From a bacterium (GTDB lineage Bacteria; Patescibacteriota; Minisyncoccia; Phycocordibacterales; CALRBL01): a stretch of 64,000 bases of DNA. This document shows, in pieces, positions 17,300 to 27,234 of this stretch. Both the position numbers and the translations under genes were made by a program. Below the pieces are notes generated by a model. It was not told the origin of the DNA and ran no database searches. It saw nothing but the letters and a program-made list of their open reading frames with translations. The stretch spans positions 1,244 to 65,243 of the forward strand of contig JAIYEG010000002.1 of assembly GCA_027487075.1 (NCBI GenBank), in the 5' to 3' direction. Numbering within the stretch: position 1 is the first letter of the stretch; each line of letters starts with the position of its first letter.

Positions 17300-17695
17300 T
17301 CAGGAATGTGCGATGAGTGCAATTCCTCCACTGAGAAATAGAAGGAGTGAAATGGGTATGATAGGTTCCTTCATTATTTGGGCACGAACTTTAGAGAATG
17401 GCGTGCAGGCAATAACGAAGGATCCAACCAATCCACACAGCATACACCCTACATACCATTTCCACGAATGGGAATGATTGAGGATGCCTGAATGTGCGAT
17501 TATGAAAGGACTGATGATCCATATAATCATGATGATGGACCCTACGATTCTCTCCACTGTATTCCAGTGCGCGAATCTTTTTCCTCTTTCAGTGGTCACC
17601 CATTGATGGAGGTGGTACCCACTCACTAAGACCGAGCTGATGATCAATGGCAACAAAGCCAAGATCCCAATGCAGAGAGATGTGTCGAAGAACAT
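17300..17695 (-). CDS. Hypothetical membrane protein
   Basis: 131 aa, four hydrophobic segments. Confidence 0.55.
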   Translation of the reverse strand: MFFDTSLCIGILALLPLIISSVLVSGYHLHQWVTTERGKRFAHWNTVERIVGSIIMIIWIISPFIIAHSGILNHSHSWKWYVGCMLCGLVGSFVIACTPFSKVRAQIMKEPIIPISLLLFLSGGIALIAHS

Positions 17696-17744
17696 AATTT
17701 AATTTAAAATATAATACTAAATTAAATTTGTCAAATATTCTCAC

Positions 17745-18485
17745 TTACCCCATCCCCAACTCCTCAAACAATCCCGCTAATTCGTCACCTTCAATTTTGC
17801 GGTGTGCATTTGCAGGAAGGGTTCCTAGTCTGATATTCATAATACGTGTGCGTTTCAAGTCCACCACTTCATTGTGCATCACTTCCACCATGCGGCGGAT
17901 TTGGTGTTTCTTTCCTTCGGTGAGGATAATGCTAAAACTTTTTTCATCAAGAATTTTCACTTTGCACGGCTTAGTCTGATAGTCGTCGATCATCAAACCA
18001 TTCTGCATGTATTCTTTGAAGCTTGGTCGAAGCGGATTCTTTACTTTCACCACGTATTCTTTTTCGTGATCGCGGTCGGGGTTTAGGAGTTTGTCGGTGA
18101 GGCGACCGTCATTGGTGAGGAGAATGAGTCCGTGTGAGAGTTTGTCGAGGCGGCCGATAGGGAACACGCCTTTAAGGTTTGCAGATTGCACGATGTCTTT
18201 TTCTCCCATTTGAGGTGAGTGGGTGATGACACCCACCGGCTTATTGTATGCATAGTAGACAAACGGTGTGTGTTTGCCCGAGTGCTTCACCTCCACCTGA
18301 TCGCCCTCCTTTACCTTGCTTCCAAGCTCAGCGAGCACACCGTTAATAAACACCTTCTTTTTGAGAATGAGTTCATCAGCACCGCGTCGGGTGCAGATGT
18401 TTTGGTGAGCGAGGTATTTGTTGATACGCATCGGGTATTCGGGTTTTTCCTCCGAAGTGATCTTTTTGGTAGGTGTTTTCTTCAT
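17745..18485 (-). CDS. rRNA pseudouridine synthase, RsuA/RluB/RluF family
   Basis: S4 domain RINKYLA, GRLDK, LLTNDG, EGKKHQIRRM. Confidence 0.9.
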   Translation of the reverse strand: MKKTPTKKITSEEKPEYPMRINKYLAHQNICTRRGADELILKKKVFINGVLAELGSKVKEGDQVEVKHSGKHTPFVYYAYNKPVGVITHSPQMGEKDIVQSANLKGVFPIGRLDKLSHGLILLTNDGRLTDKLLNPDRDHEKEYVVKVKNPLRPSFKEYMQNGLMIDDYQTKPCKVKILDEKSFSIILTEGKKHQIRRMVEVMHNEVVDLKRTRIMNIRLGTLPANAHRKIEGDELAGLFEELGMG

Positions 18486-18542
18486 GTAGGGTGAGTATAC
18501 ACGGAAAGGTATGTATTGCATAATTTGTTGTAGTTCATGTGT

Positions 18543-18652
18543 CTTCCTAAAAACCTGCTTGGAAAAAACATTGCGGAGCACGACGGTGCGAGCATAAGAA
18601 TTTTCTAGTAAGAAAATATCTGTGTTTTTGGAAAGCATGGTCTTTTAGGAAG
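18543..18652. repeat. Dispersed MITE/REP-like element, copy 1 (with terminal inverted repeats)
   Basis: CTTCCTAAAAACCTGCTT ... AAGCATGGTCTTTTAGGAAG inverted ends; core 18561-18633 matches 50600-50672 in reverse complement. Confidence 0.6.
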
Positions 18653-18672
18653 TCACACACTATAATAAATAC

Positions 18673-19284
18673 ATGCTCAACACCTCTACCGGCTACAACG
18701 CAAACAAAGACAATCGCGGTGTCGAGGCTGAGCGCATGAAGCGTGCAAAAGAGCAGCAAGAACGTGCACACAAAATGCATCTTGCGAGTGATATTGCTGC
18801 CAAGAAGAACTTTCTGTTCTCGACGACGACCACGATCAATATGAAATCGTCGGTGATGAAAGGAAAGGAAATGCGCTTGCGTGTCCTCGAAAATGAAATC
18901 GCCGCACTTGAAGCAAAGAAGCGCCAGCTCGAAAGTCATGAGCGTGCGACTCAAACTACCCACGAACAACAACTCCACAAAGAACTTTCTCAGCTTGAAG
19001 CCGATATCATCAGAGTTAAGCAAAACATTGAACGCGAAAAGAAAGAGCTCGCGACACTCGAGAAGAAGGCTCAAGAACTCAAGCAATCAAAAGACAAGCC
19101 GCTACCGACGGGTGCTCATGGAAAAATGGAAATGGAGAGTGTGGATCGCCAAAAGCAACTCAAAGAACGAGAGCTCGAAAATACCAAGCGTGAACACGAT
19201 ACCTTGAAGCACGAAATCGAACAGCTCGAACGTGACAAAGCAAAACTCGAAATGGAGCTTCGAAAGCTTGAAATGGAAAGGTAG
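18673..19284 (+). CDS. Coiled-coil hypothetical protein
   Basis: K/E/Q-rich heptad pattern over 203 aa. Confidence 0.7.
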   Translation: MLNTSTGYNANKDNRGVEAERMKRAKEQQERAHKMHLASDIAAKKNFLFSTTTTINMKSSVMKGKEMRLRVLENEIAALEAKKRQLESHERATQTTHEQQLHKELSQLEADIIRVKQNIEREKKELATLEKKAQELKQSKDKPLPTGAHGKMEMESVDRQKQLKERELENTKREHDTLKHEIEQLERDKAKLEMELRKLEMER

Positions 19285-19351
19285 AAGCGTATACTGCACG
19301 TATGCGAAGCACCCTTGAGCGCCCGCATTTAATAGCTCTCATTACTTCACC

Positions 19352-19504
19352 ATGCTTACTACCATTGCTACTATCCTTCTTGTTTTGTGGCTGGTCGGTC
19401 TCGTTTCAGGATTTACAATCAATAACCTGATCCATATTCTTTTGGTGGTTGCTATCGTGCTATTCCTCATCCGTATTATTCGAAGTGAAAATCCGTTGAA
19501 GTAG
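19352..19504 (+). CDS. lmo0937-family small membrane protein (50 aa)
   Basis: Hand-translated MLTTIATILLVLWLVGLVSGFTINNLIHILLVVAIVLFLIRIIRSENPLK; not in ORF track. Confidence 0.8.
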   Translation: MLTTIATILLVLWLVGLVSGFTINNLIHILLVVAIVLFLIRIIRSENPLK

Positions 19505-19576
19505 AAGAACGCGCGCGTTAGAAAATAGTGAGAGAACCTCGAGGACAGCTTCGAGGTTTTCTTGTATAGTAGATGC

Positions 19577-20332
19577 ATGGAACGAAATATACACGCAGAC
19601 GTGATTGTATTTGATTTGGATAATACGCTGGCACGCAGTAAGACGATCATAGATGAAGAAATGGGTGGACTTCTTGCAGAGCTTCTCACCAAAAAGAAAG
19701 TGGCAGTGGTATCGGGTGGTAGTATGGCGCAGTTTAAGAAAGAGTTGCTCGATCCACTTCCTCCTCCATACGACAATTTACACTTATTCCCAACCGACGG
19801 TACCGCGTATTTTAAGTGGGACACCGCAACTCACGCATGGAAGCCTGTTTACCAAAAATTATTCAGCGAAGATGAAAAGGCAAAAATTCTCGCAGCATTT
19901 GCTGAGGTGTTGCCGGCTGCAGGATTCAGCGCAACAGGTGCAATTGGTAAAATCATCGAAGATCGTGGTTCGCAGATTACGTTCTCTGGACTTGGTCAGG
20001 ATGCGCCACTTGAACGCAAGCAGGTGTGGGATGCCGACAAACAGATTCGTGTAAAGATCGTGGAACTGCTCGCACCGAAACTTCCTGACTACGAACTCAT
20101 GATTGCGGGCACTACCTCAATCGACGTGACCGCAAAAGGCCTCGATAAGGCATATGCCATTCATAAGATCAGCGAGGAGCTTAATGTCGACGTGCCGAAG
20201 ATGGTGTTTATCGGCGATGCAATCTTCGAAGGGGGGAATGATTATCCAGTAGTATCAACAGGTGTGCCGTATATTAAGGTGACCGATCCTGAGGATACAA
20301 AACAGGTGATTCGTGAGATAATAAATATATGA
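19577..20332 (+). CDS. HAD-IIB hydrolase, eukaryote-type phosphomannomutase-like
   Basis: FDLDNTL, VVSGG, EDRGSQITF, GTTSIDV, FIGDAIFEGGNDY. Confidence 0.8.
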   Translation: MERNIHADVIVFDLDNTLARSKTIIDEEMGGLLAELLTKKKVAVVSGGSMAQFKKELLDPLPPPYDNLHLFPTDGTAYFKWDTATHAWKPVYQKLFSEDEKAKILAAFAEVLPAAGFSATGAIGKIIEDRGSQITFSGLGQDAPLERKQVWDADKQIRVKIVELLAPKLPDYELMIAGTTSIDVTAKGLDKAYAIHKISEELNVDVPKMVFIGDAIFEGGNDYPVVSTGVPYIKVTDPEDTKQVIREIINI

Positions 20333-20928
20333 TACAACCATACGCAGCGCGCACACATGAAAAGATGAAAGAAGTTTTGATGGACCCAACCGCGCAAGGT
20401 CCTGAGATTCACTATTACATGATCCGCGGGGGAAGCGACAAGCGCAACGTGACGGTGTGGGAGACGGGAACCGTGGGTGGTGAATACATCAAAACCTATG
20501 GTCACTACCATATCGGCAACTTGTGCGAGATCTATTGGATCAAGCAAGGTGAGGGAATTATTCTGCTTCAAGAACGCGCAAGCACTGACCCCAATGAAAA
20601 GTCGGTGAAGAGTTTCAAGGCAGTGTATGCAAAAGCGGGAGATGAAGTGTTCATTCCTGCTGGTATCGGGCATCTCATGGTCAACACTGGCTCGACATGG
20701 CTCGTGACGGTCGATGATAGTCCGGTGAACTTCGAAGAAAAAGATCCGGTGTCGCTTCCTGGTCATGCTGATTACGAAAGCGTGCATAAGATGAAGGGGT
20801 TTGCATACTATGTGGTGAACAAGGATGGTGTGCCGACATTTGTGAAAAATGAAATGTATGATCAAGTGCCTGAGGTGGAGGTGCTGACCGCGGATGAATA
20901 TCGAGAGAAATATCCGCGGAAAGATTAA
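20329..20928 (+). CDS. Cupin-type glucose-6-phosphate isomerase
   Basis: KTYGHYH...EIY...GEG, IPAGIGHLMVNTG cupin motifs. Confidence 0.75.
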   Translation: MIQPYAARTHEKMKEVLMDPTAQGPEIHYYMIRGGSDKRNVTVWETGTVGGEYIKTYGHYHIGNLCEIYWIKQGEGIILLQERASTDPNEKSVKSFKAVYAKAGDEVFIPAGIGHLMVNTGSTWLVTVDDSPVNFEEKDPVSLPGHADYESVHKMKGFAYYVVNKDGVPTFVKNEMYDQVPEVEVLTADEYREKYPRKD

Positions 20929-20971
20929 ATGTAAATGGGAAGAAGAGTGCTGAATGTGTCTTTTTAGTGAT

Positions 20972-21008
20972 TTTTTTCTAAGGTCACAATTTGTGACCTT
21001 AGAAAAAA
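20972..21008. repeat. 37-bp palindrome, copy 1
   Basis: TTTTTTCTAAGGTCACAA-T-TTGTGACCTTAGAAAAAA. Confidence 0.9.
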
Positions 21009-21077
21009 TAGTGAAATGAGTGTGTATAAAAAGAACCGCCTCCTGCACGAAGCAGGAGGCGGGGTTCGTTTGACTGT

Positions 21078-21377
21078 TCAATCGCCACCACGAAGTCGAC
21101 GAATGACGCGCACCATTTTGTCATCGGGATGCACGCCAGCACCAATCTTCGGATCAGGTTTAAGAACCGCATCGTTGTACCAACTGTGATTGAGGTACCG
21201 ACACAGAAGCCAGCAACCATCCTTTCGGACAATTGAATCTCTGTGATGCCTATACCAGTCGGCCGCGAGAGCCGTTTCAGGTGCATCTTGTACTTCATCG
21301 AGATCGACGAGGTACGTGTCGGCACCACCTTCCCAGAGGACGGTGCGTTCTATTAGGCGGTGAGCAATTTCGCTCAT
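21078..21377 (-). CDS. Hypothetical protein (ORFan)
   Basis: 99 aa, SD AGAAAGGA, GC hairpin downstream at about 21035-21068. Confidence 0.55.
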   Translation of the reverse strand: MSEIAHRLIERTVLWEGGADTYLVDLDEVQDAPETALAADWYRHHRDSIVRKDGCWLLCRYLNHSWYNDAVLKPDPKIGAGVHPDDKMVRVIRRLRGGD

Positions 21378-21523
21378 GGTTGTTCCTTTCTGCGGTGAGG
21401 CAGAAGGATATACCAGAGCTCTACTGTTTATTAATGAGGTATGCTTCTGCCCCGAGTTTATTCAGAGCTTCGAGTGATTTTTATCACATTTATATAATAT
21501 GTCAAGTATCATGTGGAGGTGTA

Positions 21524-22804
21524 CTAAAGCACGTCTTTTATCTCCCACATCTTCATACTATTACTCCCTTTGATGAGTACTGCCGAGTTTCGGATGCTCG
21601 AAGCGAATGGTGAACCGAGAAAAGCTGCTCGGTCAGGAAATGCAGCATAACGCTTCACGGATTCGTGGGCTTTGGTGAATGCGGGGCCGATGAGAACGAC
21701 ATTAGTGAATCCATAGAAAGAAATGTCGTTGAGAATGTTTGCATGTTCTTTTTCTTCGTACGCGCCGAGTTCCTTCATGTCGCCAAGGATAAGCCACTTT
21801 GGTTTTGTGGTGGTGTAGCGAGAAAATGATTCGATAACAGCGTGCATGCTCGAAGGGTTGGCATTGTATGCATCGAGAATGATGTCATTGCCTTTTGAGG
21901 TGCTGATGATCTGGCTGCGCATGTTGGTCGGCACGTAGTTTCGGAGTGCTTTGTTAATGGTCACGGTCGGCACTTTGAAATGCTTGCCGATTGCATATGC
22001 CGTGCGCATGTTTTCCTTATTGTAGTCGCCGAAGAGGTTTGGATTCTCGGGAACTACCTCCTGGCCGTAGCGGATAGTGACGGCACTGCACCCTGGGTCG
22101 ATGGAATACAACAGAGAGGTAAGAGATGGGTCGGTTTCATTGATGAACACGATCGCCATATGATCGCGGAGGTATTCATAGAGTTCACCATTTGCTATGG
22201 CAACATTTTCTTTTGAGCCGAAGCCTTCGAGGTGGTCGCTGCCGTTGTTGGTGATGACGCCATGTGTTGGTGCTACGATTTCGCAAAGTGCCGCAGTTTC
22301 TTTGAGGTGGTTGGCGCCAATTTCGATGACGGCAATCTCGGTGCTTTTTTTGATGCGCAGGAGCGTGAGTGGTACGCCGATATGATTGTTGTGATTGTCT
22401 TCGGTCTTCACGATGAGATACTTTTCGGAGAGGACCGCAGCGGTGAGCTCTTTGGTGGTGGTTTTGCCGTTTGATCCACAAATAGCGATCACGGGCATGG
22501 AATATTGCATGCGATGGTGGTGCGCGAGTGTCTGGAGTGCCGTGAGTGCGTCGTGAGTGGCACCTTCGTGCTCGAAGTAGATGATGCGATCTGCGTTCTT
22601 TTCAAAGCGCGGGTCAGCCTTGAGTGAGAGGTCGTCGACTACTGCCGCAGCAGCGCCTTTGTCGAGTGCCTCGAATGCAAACTGATTGCCATCAAAGCTC
22701 TCGCCCTTGAGAGCAAAAAACAGGGAATTGCGGGCGATCTTGCGGGTATCGGTCGACACGCTGTCGCATTCTTTGAAGAGGTGATACAGCTCAGTGAGAT
22801 TCAT
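21524..22804 (-). CDS. murF: UDP-MurNAc-tripeptide--D-Ala-D-Ala ligase
   Basis: STDTRKI, GSNGKTTTKE, NNHIGVPLT, DAYNANPSSM, LGDMKELG. Confidence 0.93.
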   Translation of the reverse strand: MNLTELYHLFKECDSVSTDTRKIARNSLFFALKGESFDGNQFAFEALDKGAAAAVVDDLSLKADPRFEKNADRIIYFEHEGATHDALTALQTLAHHHRMQYSMPVIAICGSNGKTTTKELTAAVLSEKYLIVKTEDNHNNHIGVPLTLLRIKKSTEIAVIEIGANHLKETAALCEIVAPTHGVITNNGSDHLEGFGSKENVAIANGELYEYLRDHMAIVFINETDPSLTSLLYSIDPGCSAVTIRYGQEVVPENPNLFGDYNKENMRTAYAIGKHFKVPTVTINKALRNYVPTNMRSQIISTSKGNDIILDAYNANPSSMHAVIESFSRYTTTKPKWLILGDMKELGAYEEKEHANILNDISFYGFTNVVLIGPAFTKAHESVKRYAAFPDRAAFLGSPFASSIRNSAVLIKGSNSMKMWEIKDVL

Positions 22805-22888
22805 GTGAATATCGTAGCATATCTTTCTCGTTGATTATGTGAATAAATATTGTGGAACATTTGATGAGTGAGATGGGAGGATGGGGTG

Positions 22889-23332
22889 ATGGAGGAATAT
22901 GATGTGTGGAATGAAGATAAGAAGCAACTTGCGAAAATAAGTAAGCGATTCATGTTCAAAGTGGGTGAAATCTGGTGGTGTTCTGTTGGCTTAAATATCG
23001 GAACTGAAGTGAGGGGAAAAGGTGATAAATTTCGTCGTCCGATTCTTATACTTAAGAAACTTTCGTATGATTCTTGTGTTGGATTGCCTTTGACTACTCA
23101 ACCAAAGAAAGGAAGTTGGTATCTAGAGGTGTGCATTCCTGAGGGAAGAAGGTGGATTATGCTTCACCAAATTAAAATGGTGCATGTTAAAAGATTTCAA
23201 AAGAAACTCTCACAAATTTCCCAAGAAGATTTCCAAAAGACAAAAGAAAAACTCGGGCAGTTGCTCGAGTTGTTAGATCATCACCCAGCCGTCGCTGGGA
23301 TCGATGGGATGGCTCCCCAAAATGTGCCGTAA
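22889..23332 (+). CDS. PemK/MazF-like toxin domain protein
   Basis: GEIWWCSVGLNIGTE..GK...RRPILI, LPLTT. Confidence 0.75.
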   Translation: MEEYDVWNEDKKQLAKISKRFMFKVGEIWWCSVGLNIGTEVRGKGDKFRRPILILKKLSYDSCVGLPLTTQPKKGSWYLEVCIPEGRRWIMLHQIKMVHVKRFQKKLSQISQEDFQKTKEKLGQLLELLDHHPAVAGIDGMAPQNVP

Positions 23333-23416
23333 CGTTATTTCAGCACGATTAAACTATATACCAAATCAAACATGAGTCAATGCGTAAATAAATCAAAACT
23401 AATATATAATCCTCCC

Positions 23417-25087
23417 ATGACCCAAAAGGAAGCATTCGACATACTGAAGACTGGAGTAAACGTGTATATCACGGGTGCTGCTGGCGCAGGCAAGACGCAC
23501 CTTCTCAATATGTATATCGACTATCTGCGCGAGCACGACGTGGCCTTCGGCATCACCGCATCCACGGGTATCGCAGCAACACACATGGGTGGAGTGACAA
23601 TTCACTCATGGACAGGGCTTGGGGTGCGAAGCGAGCTCACACCCTATGATCTCGAGTCACTTCAAGAAAAACAATATCTGTACCGGCGTATCGAAAAAGC
23701 GAGTGTGCTTATTATCGACGAGGTATCGATGCTCCACCATTTTCGTCTCGATATGATTGATCAGGTACTCCGCGCATTCAAGCGTGTGGATGCACCCTTT
23801 GGTGGGATGCAGGTGGTGCTGTGTGGAGACTTTTTCCAGCTCCCGCCAGTGTCGCGCATGGGTGAACCTGATCCAAAATTTATCTACCATTCTCGTGCAT
23901 GGAAAGAAGGGCAGTTTAAGGTCTGCTACCTCGAAGAGCAGTTTCGTCACAATGATGATGTGGCGGTGCGTGTACTCAACGATATCCGCAATGATCGCGT
24001 CGATCGTGGCACTATGCAACATATCGAACATCGCTTCACGACTGAGCGTTCAGAGATGTCGCCGCTTCGTTTGTACACACACAATGTTGATGTCGACAAG
24101 GTGAATGACCAAGAGCTCTACCGACTTCGTGGTGACATGATGACCTACGACATGGAAACACGTGGTAATGCAACACTCGTCGATATATTGAAGAAGAGCT
24201 GTTTGGCTCCAGAATTTTTGAAGCTCAAGGTGGGAGCGAAGGTAATGTTCGTGAAGAATAATTTTGAGGCAGGATATGCAAACGGTACGCTTGGTATCGT
24301 CAAAGAGCTCGAGGGCTTTAGTGGTGGTCCCGTAGTGGAGACGTACGGAGGCAAAACCATTGAAGTACCTGTCGAGAGTTGGGTCATCGAAGAAGATGGC
24401 AAAATAAAAGCAGAGCTCAAGCAATATCCACTTCGTTTGGCATGGGCAATCACCATCCACAAGAGTCAGGGAATGAGTTTGGATATGGTGGAGGTGGATT
24501 TGTCACGCTCCTTCGAAAAGGGTATGGGATATGTGGCGCTGTCGCGTGTGCGTTCGTGGGATGGGCTGTCGATTCTTGGTTTCAACGATGAAGCACTTGC
24601 GGTGGATGGTGAGGTACTTGCGTATGATAAGCAACTACGAGCGCAATCGAATAAAGCAAAGGCACAACTCTACGAAATGAAGGAAAGTAGCACACTCGCC
24701 AAAAAGCAGGAAACATTCTTGAAGCGTATTTCGCCAAAAGCGAATCCAAAGCAGAAAGTGGTAAAGCCCTCGACATTCCAAAAGACGCTCGCACTCCTTC
24801 AGGAGCAGGTATCACTTGCTCAGATTGCAAAACATCGTGGTGTCACTGAAGAGACGGTACTCTCGCATATCGAAACATTGCTCGAAGAAGGACAGATTAC
24901 GAAAGGCGCGATTGAATATTTGATTAAAGGATTTTCAAAAAAGAAATATGATGAGATTGCCGCCCTTCTTAAGAAATTTCACTCGGAAAATGATGATTGG
25001 CGCCTAGCGCCGGTACGTGCTGCGCTTGGTGACCGTCCGAGCTATCGAGATATTCAGCTGGTGAGGTTGTTTGTGAGGAAGTGGTAG
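23417..25087 (+). CDS. PIF1-family helicase with C-terminal HTH
   Basis: TGAAGAGKT, IDEVSM, CGDFFQLPPV, AWAITIHKSQG, YVALSR. Confidence 0.88.
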   Translation: MTQKEAFDILKTGVNVYITGAAGAGKTHLLNMYIDYLREHDVAFGITASTGIAATHMGGVTIHSWTGLGVRSELTPYDLESLQEKQYLYRRIEKASVLIIDEVSMLHHFRLDMIDQVLRAFKRVDAPFGGMQVVLCGDFFQLPPVSRMGEPDPKFIYHSRAWKEGQFKVCYLEEQFRHNDDVAVRVLNDIRNDRVDRGTMQHIEHRFTTERSEMSPLRLYTHNVDVDKVNDQELYRLRGDMMTYDMETRGNATLVDILKKSCLAPEFLKLKVGAKVMFVKNNFEAGYANGTLGIVKELEGFSGGPVVETYGGKTIEVPVESWVIEEDGKIKAELKQYPLRLAWAITIHKSQGMSLDMVEVDLSRSFEKGMGYVALSRVRSWDGLSILGFNDEALAVDGEVLAYDKQLRAQSNKAKAQLYEMKESSTLAKKQETFLKRISPKANPKQKVVKPSTFQKTLALLQEQVSLAQIAKHRGVTEETVLSHIETLLEEGQITKGAIEYLIKGFSKKKYDEIAALLKKFHSENDDWRLAPVRAALGDRPSYRDIQLVRLFVRKW

Positions 25088-25218
25088 TAGGGTGAAAATA
25101 GAGAAATAAAAAACCGCCTGCCCCACAATCAGTTACGATGGGGACAGACGGCATATGCTTGTGGGGTCATTGACCTACCTCAAGCTTTGTTAAGGGTTTG
25201 GTTTGCGAAGTTATCGTG

Positions 25219-25578
25219 TCACTGGCGTGAGCTGGTGCGGTCCGATGCCGCAGGCTCGCGCACGTGCGCGATCATCACAGTGTTGCTTTCGCCGAGGTCG
25301 AAGCCGAAGCTCCCGACCCGATACCAGCAGTCAGAGACCGCCGGAGTGTCTTCCTTGAGACGCTCAGTAGCGAAACACTCACACGGTGGTGGAGGTTTCC
25401 CAGTAGAACGAATGAAGGAAAATGTGTCTGGAGGGGGCATAGGTCCGAGAGTGAGTACATCATGGTACTCAAATTCTGGAACAAGCACCTCTCCGAAATT
25501 GGCATCACATTCCTCGGGAATGACGATAACAAGAGATGGTCCGAGGGCCATCAAAACCGCGAAACGAAGAGAACTCAT
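25219..25578 (-). CDS. Hypothetical protein
   Basis: 119-aa ORF filling the intergenic gap; no motif recognised. Confidence 0.4.
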   Translation of the reverse strand: MSSLRFAVLMALGPSLVIVIPEECDANFGEVLVPEFEYHDVLTLGPMPPPDTFSFIRSTGKPPPPCECFATERLKEDTPAVSDCWYRVGSFGFDLGESNTVMIAHVREPAASDRTSSRQ

Positions 25579-25655
25579 TGCTTGCGTACGAATGTAGCAC
25601 GATTATGAAAAATGTAAATTTTGTGGTGTGAAGACGAGAAGCATATACTTACGGT

Positions 25656-26060
25656 ATGAATGAAGAAGATATCAAGAAAAAATTGACCTCAGAAGAATAT
25701 ACGGTGCTCCGACAAAAAGGCACCGAAGCTCCTTTTTCTGGAAAGTATGTGAATAGCAAAGAAAAGGGTGTGTATGTGTGTAAGGTGTGCGGACAAAAAT
25801 TATTTTCATCTGATACTAAGTTTGATTCTGGTACCGGATGGCCGAGCTTCTATGATGCGGTGCCTGGAAGTGTCGAGTTTGTACACGATGATACGCATGG
25901 GATGCGACGTACGGAAGTAGTGTGTTCAAAGTGTAAGTCACATCTTGGGCATGTGTTTGATGATGGATTTGGAACACCGACGAATAAACGCGATTGCATG
26001 AACTCGGTGTGTTTGGATTTGTTGCCTGAGTCTGAAGAAAATAAAAACGCCAATAATTAA
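25656..26060 (+). CDS. msrB: Methionine-R-sulfoxide reductase
   Basis: GTEAPFSG, CKVC, KFDSGTGWPSF, RTEVVC..C.SHLGHVF. Confidence 0.95.
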   Translation: MNEEDIKKKLTSEEYTVLRQKGTEAPFSGKYVNSKEKGVYVCKVCGQKLFSSDTKFDSGTGWPSFYDAVPGSVEFVHDDTHGMRRTEVVCSKCKSHLGHVFDDGFGTPTNKRDCMNSVCLDLLPESEENKNANN

Positions 26061-26063
26061 CTA

Positions 26064-26333
26064 ATGTCTAAAACATTTTCTGAAAAAGTGCGAGATGTGG
26101 TGTCAAAGATTCCGAAAGGAAGCGTGATGACCTATAAAGAAGTTGCTAAGAAAGCGGGAAATGAAAAAGCTGCTCGTGCAGTGGGTACGGTGATGCGCAA
26201 AAACTATGACCTTGCCGTATTTTGTCATCGGGTCATCAAAAGTGATGGAACGGTGGGGAATTATAATCGCGGAGGTGCGAAGGTGAAACAAAAGATGCTT
26301 ATTAAAGAAGGAGTGTTAATTGAGCGTATATGA
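26064..26333 (+). CDS. MGMT/Ogt-family alkyl-DNA repair protein (C-terminal domain only)
   Basis: IPKGSVMTYKEVA, ARAVG, FCHRVI. Confidence 0.85.
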   Translation: MSKTFSEKVRDVVSKIPKGSVMTYKEVAKKAGNEKAARAVGTVMRKNYDLAVFCHRVIKSDGTVGNYNRGGAKVKQKMLIKEGVLIERI

Positions 26334-26686
26334 ATAACCATGAACAACAGCGTCAGATCAATAGAGAAGAAGTGGTAAGGGAAATTCAGGAATCACATGG
26401 TGATTCAGAATATTTTGATGATGCTCTTAGAGAGTTGATTAGTGCGTGGGCTGAACAAGAATATTATAAACTAGGTTCAGATGCTGAAAGTGTGGTTGGT
26501 CAAATAGGAATTATAATTAGTGAGGCAGAGTTGTTTGCTGATGCTGGTCATCCAAGGATTGCAATAAGTTGCTTGTGGAATGCTTTGCAATGGGCTGAAC
26601 AGTATGATGATGAAAATTTGGAGCGCAGTATAAAGAGTAAAATGCTAGATATTGATCCTTCGTTGGAGTTCGAACCTAAGCAATAA
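26330..26686 (+). CDS. Hypothetical acidic protein
   Basis: 118 aa, ATGA overlap with upstream gene. Confidence 0.6.
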   Translation: MNNHEQQRQINREEVVREIQESHGDSEYFDDALRELISAWAEQEYYKLGSDAESVVGQIGIIISEAELFADAGHPRIAISCLWNALQWAEQYDDENLERSIKSKMLDIDPSLEFEPKQ

Positions 26687-26691
26687 CCACT

Positions 26692-27234
26692 ATGACATCA
26701 CCAACACAAACAGCAATATTCGCCGGAGGATGCTTTTGGTGTACAGAGGCACTTCTCAAAGGTCTTAAGGGAGTGCTTTCGGCAGAGCCCGGCTATGTCG
26801 GCGGTTCAACACCGAAGCCGACATATGAGCAAGTATGCACGGGAAACACCGGTCACGCTGAAGCAGTGCGTATCAACTTTGATCCGAGTGTCATCAGCTA
26901 TGGTCAGCTCCTGTCGGTGTTCTTTAATACTCACGACCCGACAACGCTCAATCGCCAAGGAAATGATGTGGGTACGCAGTATCGTTCAGCGATTTTCTAC
27001 ACAAGTGATGAGCAAAAAGAAGAAGCTGAGAAACTCATCACTGAACTTAACTCAAGTGGTGCGTATGACAAGCCAGTGGTGACCGAAGTGACACCAGCAA
27101 CTGAGTTTTATGTTGCTGAAACCTACCACCACGACTACTATGAGCGAAACAAAGACAAGGCATATTGTCAGATTATTATCGAACCTAAATTAGAAAAACT
27201 TCAAAAGACTTACCATGAACTACTGGCTCGTTAA
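26692..27234 (+). CDS. msrA: Methionine-S-sulfoxide reductase
   Basis: FAGGCFWC, GHAEAV, NRQGNDVGTQYRS, AETYHHDY. Confidence 0.95.
   Translation: MTSPTQTAIFAGGCFWCTEALLKGLKGVLSAEPGYVGGSTPKPTYEQVCTGNTGHAEAVRINFDPSVISYGQLLSVFFNTHDPTTLNRQGNDVGTQYRSAIFYTSDEQKEEAEKLITELNSSGAYDKPVVTEVTPATEFYVAETYHHDYYERNKDKAYCQIIIEPKLEKLQKTYHELLAR

Noticed and set aside
20242..21081. 279-aa minus-strand ORF
   Set aside because: Antisense shadow of the cupin PGI gene, with no motifs.
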